DNA of 33,791 nt from Acidobacteriota bacterium. Lineage in GTDB: Bacteria; Acidobacteriota; Polarisedimenticolia; Polarisedimenticolales; DASRJG01. Both the position numbers and the translations under genes were made by a program. Below the pieces are notes generated by a model. That model worked only from the letters and a program-made list of their open reading frames with translations. It made no database searches and was not told where the DNA came from. Below, in pieces: positions 6,606 through 13,077 of this stretch. The DNA lies in the NCBI GenBank assembly GCA_043740355.1, contig JAYUCM010000095.1, forward strand, positions 1 through 33,791, in the 5' to 3' direction. Numbering within the stretch: the stretch's first letter is position 1; each line of letters starts with the position of its first letter.

Positions 6606-6851
6606 ATGAACGCAAAGATTGTCGCCCTAAGACTCGTAGGGGTCACGCTGTTAGCAGCCGGAGTTTTCCTGGGTGCACAGTCCTACCGGCCTGCCGAAAG
6701 CGGTATGACAAGCAAGGTTCAAGCAATGCTCAGTCGAAGCGGGTCATCTGAAGGACCATGGTCGAAAGGCGCCTCGGTCGATCCGAAGCTCGCGGCCGCG
6801 TCCGCCGGATGTCTCGCCGCTGGTGGATTACTCGCCTTCAAACGAAACTGA
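6606..6851 (+). CDS. Small 2-TM membrane protein (DUF3185-like pattern)
   Basis: GAGGAG lies 6 nt upstream of the ATG. There is an N-terminal helix (VGVTLLAAGVFLGA) and a C-terminal helix (AAASAGCLAAGGLLAF). The stop codon lies inside the right terminal IR. Confidence 0.5.
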   Translation: MNAKIVALRLVGVTLLAAGVFLGAQSYRPAESGMTSKVQAMLSRSGSSEGPWSKGASVDPKLAAASAGCLAAGGLLAFKRN

Positions 6852-6859
6852 CCCACTAC
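6844..6859. repeat. Terminal inverted repeat (distal end)
   Basis: AAACTGACCCACTACC is the exact reverse complement of 3654-3669. Confidence 0.8.
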
Positions 6860-6867
6860 CCAGAACT
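6860..6867. repeat. Target-site duplication, right copy (CAGAACTC)
   Basis: Identical to 3646-3653 and directly abuts the IR. Confidence 0.75.
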
Positions 6868-6875
6868 CTCCGAGA

Positions 6876-7049
6876 TCAGGCGTCGTTCGCAGAGGCCCGT
6901 GGCGGCGCATCCACCGCGAAGCGAAACATCCATCCGACGCGAGGCTTGCCTCGATGACGTGTCTTCCGGAGCTGTGCGACTGTTTTGAGCCAGCCGAAGA
7001 TCTCTACGCTTCGTGTCCTCTTCCGCTGGCTGATCGCGTGCACCCTGTA
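6876..7049 (-). pseudogene. C-terminal remnant of an IS5-family (IS4/IS5 superfamily) transposase
   Basis: The minus-frame tail HAISQRKRTRSVEIFGWLKTVAQLRKTRHRGKPRVGWMFRFA matches the conserved ...SQRKRKRVEEIFGW.KTV...RKTR.RG... C-terminus of these transposases. No upstream catalytic part is present. Confidence 0.55.
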
Positions 7050-7133
7050 GCTCAGACAAACGGTGTGACCCGAGAAATCGCCACAGCGAGCCACGCCGAC
7101 CCGACGGCTCCAAGCCCTACAATCAGGCCGAGC

Positions 7134-8087
7134 ATGCCAACGACGGAGATGATTCAGCTCGTCCAACGGACGCTTCGGTTCGGGCTGGTGGCTGTCTTTG
7201 GTTGCTCGCTGGCGCTGCTGGCACACGCCCGAGAACCCGCGCGACCCGCGTTGTTCGATGCGTTTCTCGCGGTCGATGCTCGGTTCTTGGACTCCACGCA
7301 GGTCGAGGCTGCGCGCGTCGCGTTCGAGGCCCTGGTTCGCGAGGCATCGCCCTGTGGCGCGCTCGCGACTCCCGCTCCAGGTCGCGCGCGCTGCGTCGTC
7401 GATGTGCTCTTCGCTTCCGGCCAGCTCGAGACGCTCGCGGAACCGGGAGACCCCGAATCCTCGACAGTGACATCGGCTCTTGTCTCCCATCGCGGGAACT
7501 GCGCAGGGCTGACTGCGCTCGTCCTCGCGCTTGCCGAGCGGGTGAACGTGCCGATGGAGGCGGTCGTTTTTCCGCGCCACGTCGTGGTTCGCGCGTCCGG
7601 AGACGACGACCACGTGTTCGAGCTGCTCAGCCGCGGAGCCAGGCTTCCCATGGCCCGGCTTCGGACGCAGCTCGGCGCGGAAGGGGCTCACGACACGCGC
7701 GTGCGCTCGAAGGCGTTTCCCGCCTTCTATCTCGACAACTTCGCGGTCAGGTTCGGGGATGCCGGGGACAACGATCGCGCGGAGGCAATGTTCAAGAGGG
7801 CGATCGCCGCCGCCCCCCGCGTGTCCCGCATTCGATTCGACTACGGCACGTTCCTGCTGGGTCGTGATGGTCTGGAGCCGGCCAGACGCCAGCTTCGACG
7901 CGCCGTTCGCTTGGATTCGCGGAACTCTCCCGCCTGGGCGAACCTCGGCGTCGCACTTGCGCGGCTGGGCGAGACCGCCGATGCGCGGCGCTGCTTCGAG
8001 CGCGCTCTTCGCTACGATCCCGGCAACAGCACCGCCGCCGAGAATCTGAAGATTCTCAGCCGCGGCGAGCCGCCGCCCCGACGTTGA
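7134..8087 (+). CDS. Secreted transglutaminase-like (SirB1/YchA-like) protein with C-terminal TPR repeats
   Basis: I prefer the ATG at 7134, which gives a signal-like LRFGLVAVFGCSLALLAHA. The core HRGNCAGLTALVLALAERVNVPMEAVVFPRHVVVR fits the family. TPR-like repeats follow (AEAMFKRAIAAAP..., AWANLGVALARLGETADARRCFERALRYDP). Confidence 0.7.
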   Translation: MPTTEMIQLVQRTLRFGLVAVFGCSLALLAHAREPARPALFDAFLAVDARFLDSTQVEAARVAFEALVREASPCGALATPAPGRARCVVDVLFASGQLETLAEPGDPESSTVTSALVSHRGNCAGLTALVLALAERVNVPMEAVVFPRHVVVRASGDDDHVFELLSRGARLPMARLRTQLGAEGAHDTRVRSKAFPAFYLDNFAVRFGDAGDNDRAEAMFKRAIAAAPRVSRIRFDYGTFLLGRDGLEPARRQLRRAVRLDSRNSPAWANLGVALARLGETADARRCFERALRYDPGNSTAAENLKILSRGEPPPRR

Positions 8088-8134
8088 TGCCGCCATTCGT
8101 CCCCCGACGCGCGGCAGCAGAGGCACGTTGGAGT

Positions 8135-8416
8135 GTCGGCCCGGTCGATCTGTACGCGAAAAATAAAGAGGAAGGCCGCCAGCAACAACAAGATGCGGCG
8201 GGCGGGCGAGAGCCGTCGACGGAGGTTGCGCGCCAGCCAGCTCGCGATCCAGAAGAAGCGCTTGATGTGCCGCATCCCCGCCAGCCGCTCGCGCTGCTCG
8301 TCGCTCAGGTAGAACCGGTAGATGTCGCGCAGATCGCGCCGGTACGCCTGCGCGAGCTTCCCGCGCTTGACGTCGTCGATTACGAGGTCGCGGAGGCTGC
8401 CGGTCTTGGGGTCCAT
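8135..8416 (-). pseudogene. Truncated duplicate of the first ~94 codons of the SpoIIE/PP2C phosphatase gene
   Basis: MDPKTGSLRDLVIDDVKRGKLAQAYRRDLRDIYRFYLSDEQRERLAGMRHIKRFFWIASWLARNLRRRLSPARRILLLLAAFLFIFRVQIDRAD shows 3 substitutions relative to 1857-2948. Past the repeat boundary the frame runs into unrelated sequence antisense to the TPR gene. The phosphatase domain is absent. Confidence 0.8.
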
Positions 8417-8437
8417 CGGTGCGGATTGTAGACGGGG
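8135..8437. repeat. Direct repeat copy 2 (303 bp)
   Basis: Aligns to 2667-2969 with 14 mismatches. Weaker similarity with indels may extend to about 8120. Confidence 0.9.
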
Positions 8438-8441
8438 GAGG

Positions 8442-8626
8442 CGAGGCCGCCGTACTTGGCATTCCAGCGATGGTAGGTGACCTCGCTGATGCCGTGTGCC
8501 CGGCAGGTCTCGCAGATCTTCCGTCCGCCTGCAAATTCTCTCAGGATCCCGATCATCTGCTCATCGGGAACCTCGACCGCTTCATCTCGTCCCGCTGTGC
8601 GTGCTTTATACCCGTGGGGACTTTCA
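8442..8626 (-). pseudogene. Left end and truncated, frameshifted orfA of an IS3-family (IS407-like) element
   Basis: The minus strand starts TGAAAGTCCCC..., an IS3-type TG end. ATG 8585 encodes MKRSRF. After a 1-nt frame shift it reads DEQMIGILREFAGGRKICETCRAHGISEVTYHRWNAKYGGL, which is the OrfA HTH. The sequence breaks off exactly at direct repeat copy 2. Confidence 0.65.
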
Positions 8627-8657
8627 TTTAAAACCGCCGAGAGAACGGGGGAGCAGG

Positions 8658-11600
8658 TCACTCCACCTTTGGGGGCGGGCGGATGGGCGCTTGGCACCCA
8701 ACGCAGGCGTTGCGAGCGCAGTACCGTCCACCAGACGACGTCAATGGCCACCCGCCCCAAACGAGCATCTGCGTACCCGTCCACACAGCCGTGTGTTCTT
8801 CGCGCGGGGCCGGAGTATTTGCGCCGGTTGAAGTCCGCGTCCAGGCGTCCACAGAAGGGTCGTAGCGACCACCGCTACTGAAGTAATTAGAGAAGTCCAC
8901 GCCACCCCACACGATCATCTCCGTCCCTGTCCACACAGCCGAATGGAAACGGCGGGGGTTAGGCACCCTCGTGTCTACCGATGTCGCTGTCCATCCGTCG
9001 ACCGTCGGGTCGTATCGCCCTCCGGTATTGAAGAAATGCCAGCCGGAGTAAATGTCGAAGAGGGCGCCGCCCCACACGATCATCTGGGTCCCGGTCCACA
9101 CCGCTATATGCTGGGCGCGCGCGCCGGGCAGGTTCGCGCCTTCTGCGGTTGGTAGCCAACTGTCCGATAAGGGATCGTATCGTCCGCCCGAGTTCAAGTA
9201 ATCGTAGATGTTTATCTTTCCACCCCAGACGATCATCTCCGTACCGGTCCATACAGCCGTGTGGCTGTCGCGCTCTGCAGGCACGTTCGGGCCGGTCGAA
9301 GTCGTCAGCCAAGCATCCGTCGATGGGTCGTAGCGACCGCCGGTGTTGGTGACGCCGTCGGCGGCAGTCCCACCCCAGACGATCATCTTGGTACCGGTCC
9401 ACACAGCGGTGTGGTTGTTGCGCGCGCTCGGCACGTTGGCGCCCGTTGAGGTCGGTCTCCAACTGTCGGAGATCGGATTGTAGCGACCGCCGGTGTCGAA
9501 ACGGATGAACGTGCCGTTATAGATCTCGCCGCCCCAGACGATCATCTCAGTTCCAGTCCAGATGCTCGTCGGTCGGTAGCGACCGGCCGGCACACTCACG
9601 CCGAGCGCTGTCGGCCTCCAACTGTCGGTCGAGGGGTCATAGCAGCCGCCGCTTTTGTAATCGGTGTACCTTCCGTCATAGCTCTCGCCGCCCCAGACGA
9701 TCATCTCCGAGCCTGTCCAGACGCTGGTGGGCCCATAGCGAGCGGCCGGCTCGGTGGTCCCGTTGGACGTGGGTACCCAGCTATCCGAGATCGGATTGTA
9801 GCGAGCCCCCGTACTCAGATAGGAGTAGAAACCGACGCTCCCACCCCACACGATCAACTCGGTCCCCGTCCAAACGGTTGTGTGGCCGCCGCGCGCCGTG
9901 GGGGCGTTCGGCCCCCTCGAAATCGCCCTCCAGGTGTTCGTAGACGGAGCGTAGCGCGCACCGTCGTTCAAATTGTAGAGATTGTACCCGCCCCAAACGA
10001 GCATCTCGGTGCCGGTCCAAACGGCTGTTTGGCCGGTGCGACCCGCCGGAGCGTTGAACGCCGTTGACGTAGGGGTCCAACTATCGGTAGACGGATCGTA
10101 GCGTCCGCCTCGCGTCGGGAAGAAGATAGAGCTATTGGGTTCGAATGGGTTGGGACTGTTGACGATGACGTACCCACCCCAGACGATCATCTCCGTCCCC
10201 GTCCAGACCGCCGTGTGGAGGATGCGCTCGCTGGGAACGAACACGCCCGTTGAGGTCGGCGTCCAACTGTCCGTCGACGGGTTGTAGCGACCGCCGGAAC
10301 GGAGGTAGCGCTGTCCACCCTGGTCGTTAGAAGTTCCGTAGGTTCCACCCCACACGATCATCTCTGCACCGGTCCACACCGCGGAGTGAAACCTGCGGGC
10401 GTCCGGGAGATTCCCATCATCCTCAGTGGTCGGAGTCCATCGGTCCGTCGAGGGGTCGTAGCGACCGCCGGTGTTCGTGTCACCGTCGACGGTACCCCCA
10501 CCCCAAACGATCATCTCGGCCCCGGTCCAAACGGCCGTGTGCCAGACGCGTTCCGCGGGGACGCCGGTTCCCCTCGAAGTTGGTCTCCAGCGGTCTGCCG
10601 TCGGATCGTAACGAGCGCCGCTATTCAAGAGACCGTTCCCACCCGAGCCGCCCCAAACGATCATCTCGGTGCCCGTCCAGACTGCCGTGTGGTTGTATCG
10701 AGCGTCCGGAAGATTCGCGCCCCTCGACGTCGCCGCCCAGCTATCCGTCGACGGGTCATATCGAGCGCCGCTGTTCATGCGATTGAGATTCTCTCCGCCC
10801 CAGACGATCATCTCCGCGCCCGTCCACACCGCGGTGTGGCCGTCTCGCGGGTCGGGAAACTCCTGACGCATGCTCGACCACGTATTGATCACGCACGGAC
10901 TCGAGGATATTGCGGGAAGCACAAAACGATTCGGCTTATCCACGCCGTCAAGCGCCTCCGACACGCGAGCTGCGGCCCACCAGTCGTCGAAGGGCTGCTT
11001 CGGCCAGGCCACGGTAGCCGTGATTACTTCGTCACGTTGCTGCGAGAGGATTGCGGTGATCACGAACGAGTCGGCCGTGTCCTCCAGGCGGCTCAGTCTT
11101 CCCGAGGGGATGAGCTTGCTGGTGGTACCGAACTTCGTCGCCAGGCGATCAAGTGCCTGATTCCAGTCTTCGGAATCGAGGGTCAGCACTCTCCTTCGAT
11201 CGCTCTCGCGCTCGCCTTCCGCCGGACTCGTTCGCGGCCGTAGGATCGACTCGCGGTACTCGCCGCTCATGGACTTCAAACAGTCGACACTCGAGCAAGC
11301 GTTCAGCGCTGTCTCGGCCTTCGCCCGAGCGGCGGCGTGAATTCGCGTGTCGTGATCGTACCAGTTTCGGATCAGTCGATCGGCCAACTGTTGCCGAGCA
11401 AGCGTTTCCGCGATCACGACGGGGTCGTTTCGCAGCGCGACGAACAACTCCCGCAAGACCGCCGGATCACGGGTGTCCTTCGCCATCCGGTCCGTCTCGG
11501 CTTGGAGCTGCTCGCCCGTGATCGGCCGATGCCACCACGTCTCGAGCGCGTTCGACTTCTTGAGGTAGTCCTCGACCTTCGCGCGGACCAGATCATCACT

Positions 11601-11792
11601 CATCACTGTTGACATGGGTGGCTTCGGCTGTGGATTCTCCTTGGGCCAGATCCGGCGGTCCCAGTAGACCTGTTCAATCGCCTTCTGAGCGGCAACGCGT
11701 TCACCGAAAGTCAGTGTGCGGTGCGCTGGCTCGGTCGCGAGTGCCGTTGCACAGACGAGGCCTGTGACGATTAGAACCGTGGCGAGTTTCAT
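8658..11792 (-). CDS. Secreted protein with ~300-aa N-terminal domain of unknown function and 14 Kelch-like beta-propeller blades
   Basis: I prefer the ATG at 11792, which gives the signal peptide MKLATVLIVTGLVCATALA. There are fourteen units of about 50 aa with the core GGRYDPSTDSWTPTS...AR..HTAVWTGTEMIVWGG. The C-terminus is Cys-rich (CARNACVGC). Confidence 0.85.
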   Translation of the reverse strand: MKLATVLIVTGLVCATALATEPAHRTLTFGERVAAQKAIEQVYWDRRIWPKENPQPKPPMSTVMSDDLVRAKVEDYLKKSNALETWWHRPITGEQLQAETDRMAKDTRDPAVLRELFVALRNDPVVIAETLARQQLADRLIRNWYDHDTRIHAAARAKAETALNACSSVDCLKSMSGEYRESILRPRTSPAEGERESDRRRVLTLDSEDWNQALDRLATKFGTTSKLIPSGRLSRLEDTADSFVITAILSQQRDEVITATVAWPKQPFDDWWAAARVSEALDGVDKPNRFVLPAISSSPCVINTWSSMRQEFPDPRDGHTAVWTGAEMIVWGGENLNRMNSGARYDPSTDSWAATSRGANLPDARYNHTAVWTGTEMIVWGGSGGNGLLNSGARYDPTADRWRPTSRGTGVPAERVWHTAVWTGAEMIVWGGGTVDGDTNTGGRYDPSTDRWTPTTEDDGNLPDARRFHSAVWTGAEMIVWGGTYGTSNDQGGQRYLRSGGRYNPSTDSWTPTSTGVFVPSERILHTAVWTGTEMIVWGGYVIVNSPNPFEPNSSIFFPTRGGRYDPSTDSWTPTSTAFNAPAGRTGQTAVWTGTEMLVWGGYNLYNLNDGARYAPSTNTWRAISRGPNAPTARGGHTTVWTGTELIVWGGSVGFYSYLSTGARYNPISDSWVPTSNGTTEPAARYGPTSVWTGSEMIVWGGESYDGRYTDYKSGGCYDPSTDSWRPTALGVSVPAGRYRPTSIWTGTEMIVWGGEIYNGTFIRFDTGGRYNPISDSWRPTSTGANVPSARNNHTAVWTGTKMIVWGGTAADGVTNTGGRYDPSTDAWLTTSTGPNVPAERDSHTAVWTGTEMIVWGGKINIYDYLNSGGRYDPLSDSWLPTAEGANLPGARAQHIAVWTGTQMIVWGGALFDIYSGWHFFNTGGRYDPTVDGWTATSVDTRVPNPRRFHSAVWTGTEMIVWGGVDFSNYFSSGGRYDPSVDAWTRTSTGANTPAPREEHTAVWTGTQMLVWGGWPLTSSGGRYCARNACVGCQAPIRPPPKVE
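8708..10853 (-). repeat. Tandem coding repeats (about 150-bp period) encoding the Kelch-like blades
   Basis: A recurring DNA core, ccccagacgatcatctc.gt.cc.gtcca.ac.gc.gtgtgg, is seen throughout the region. Confidence 0.8.
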
Positions 11793-12305
11793 GCGACGCA
11801 CCCCTTGGGAGAGTGCCGACGGTATACGCCCATGGTCCCCTGCATCAAAGGACAACTTGTGCCTCTAATGAAATTTGGTCCGTTTCTCGCTTCGGAATAC
11901 GTCGAGTTATTCGCCTCCTCCGGATCGAAAGAAAGCTGAGTTCGATGAGACCCGTGCCAACTGCGACTCGATTGATGCGGGCCTGTTCATGACTCTGGAG
12001 CTGGACACCATCTTGGACTCCGCGCCCCCGGCAGACGACAGCAGAAGCAACTCTTGTTCGCTCGGTCGGCTCCCGTCCTCCCATCATGGCCGTCCACCCG
12101 CGTAGGCGACGGCACCGGTCGTCAAAGCCGATCAGCTATCGCGCATTCCGTTTTAGTGCGCGACCACCCTTGTTCGCGAAACCACGCGATGCGTGACTGA
12201 AACACAACGACGATCTTGTGAAATTGCGGAGTCGACGCGTCAGGGACCGACCGCGCCGCGCTGCATGTTGGTCGGAGTGGTGTGGTAACGCTGCCCGGCG
12301 TGCCC

Positions 12306-12620
12306 CTAGAAGAAGCCGAGCTGCAGCTTCGCGACCTCGGACATCATGTCCTTGGTCCACATCGGCTCCCAGACGATCTCCGCCTTCACGCTCTTCACGC
12401 CTTCGACGGAAGCGACCTTCTGCTCGACCTCCGGCGGAATCTGTTCCGCCGCGGGGCAAGACGGCGAGGTCAGCGTCATGCGGACGGTGACGTCGTTCTC
12501 GGGAGTGATGTCGATCCCGTAGATCAAGCCGAGCTCGTAGATGTCCACCGGGATCTCGGGATCGTAGACGGTCTTCAGCGCCATGACGATGCGTTCTTCG
12601 AGGTGGGGGGTGTCGTTCAT
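12306..12620 (-). CDS. sufT: DUF59-family Fe-S cluster assembly protein (SufT-like)
   Basis: 104 aa from ATG 12620. The sequence ALKTVYDPEIPVDIYELGLIYGIDI...VTVRMTLTSPSCPAAEQI is the DUF59 signature. It is the last gene of the suf operon. Confidence 0.8.
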   Translation of the reverse strand: MNDTPHLEERIVMALKTVYDPEIPVDIYELGLIYGIDITPENDVTVRMTLTSPSCPAAEQIPPEVEQKVASVEGVKSVKAEIVWEPMWTKDMMSEVAKLQLGFF

Positions 12621-12624
12621 CGCT

Positions 12625-13077
12625 TCACTCCGTCGAGACGGGCTTTGCGTCGCGGTCGAGCGCGGCTCGCAGCGTGTGCCAGGCGAGCGTCGCGCACTTG
12701 ACCCGGACCGGAAACTCGCGCACTCCCGAAAACACCGCGAGCTTTCCCAGAGGTCCCGCCGGGGCACCGAGCGCCGGGGGCACGGTCAGGAGGCGGTGGA
12801 ACCACTCGAAGAGGTTCTTGCCCTCGTCGAGGGTCTTCCCCTTCAGACACTCGGTCATCATCGACGCCGAAGCCGTGGAGATCGCGCAGCCGTGTCCTTG
12901 GAATCCGATGTCCTTGATGCGGTCGCCCTCGACGTCGACGAACACCGTGAACGTGTCGCCGCAGAGCGGGTTTCGCCCGTCCGCCTCGTGCGTGATCGAG
13001 CCGGGTGTCCGGAAGTTCCGCGGCGCCTTGCTGTGGTCGAGGATGACCTCCTGGTAGAGTTCCCGAAGCTCGCTCAT
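12625..13077 (-). CDS. sufU: SUF-type Fe-S scaffold/sulfur-transfer protein SufU (NifU/IscU-like)
   Basis: 150 aa. Motifs: LYQEVILDHSKAPRNF, NPLCGD, GHGCAISTASASMM, VKCATLAW. The start overlaps the sufS stop by 4 nt. Confidence 0.9.
   Translation of the reverse strand: MSELRELYQEVILDHSKAPRNFRTPGSITHEADGRNPLCGDTFTVFVDVEGDRIKDIGFQGHGCAISTASASMMTECLKGKTLDEGKNLFEWFHRLLTVPPALGAPAGPLGKLAVFSGVREFPVRVKCATLAWHTLRAALDRDAKPVSTE

Larger units (their letters stand above)
3654..6859 (-). mobile_element. IS1-family transposon (single-ORF transposase, ISMhu11-like) carrying five passenger genes; 3206 bp
   Basis: The perfect 16-bp terminal inverted repeat GGTAGTGGGTCAGTTT lies at 3654-3669, and its reverse complement at 6844-6859. 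The ends fit the GGnnnTG rule of IS1 ends. An 8-bp direct repeat CAGAACTC flanks the element. It encodes one IS1-type DDE transposase. G+C is visibly lower than in the flanks. Confidence 0.75.

Noticed and set aside
6954-7133. Upstream 60 codons of the TGase-like/TPR ORF (track start 6954)
   Set aside because: This stretch overlaps the IS5-family remnant on the other strand and has no signal peptide. The ATG at 7134 yields a normal signal sequence.
8380-8784. 134-aa minus-strand ORF as an intact gene
   Set aside because: It is a chimera of the Kelch-gene 3' flank, the IS3 orfA fragment and the repeat. Only the central ~50 codons have transposase similarity, so I annotated it as a pseudogene remnant.
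8708-10853. Regular ~150-bp DNA periodicity that might be mistaken for a CRISPR or satellite array
   Set aside because: The repeats lie in one continuous open frame and encode Kelch-like blades. There is no short-repeat/unique-spacer organisation and there are no cas genes.
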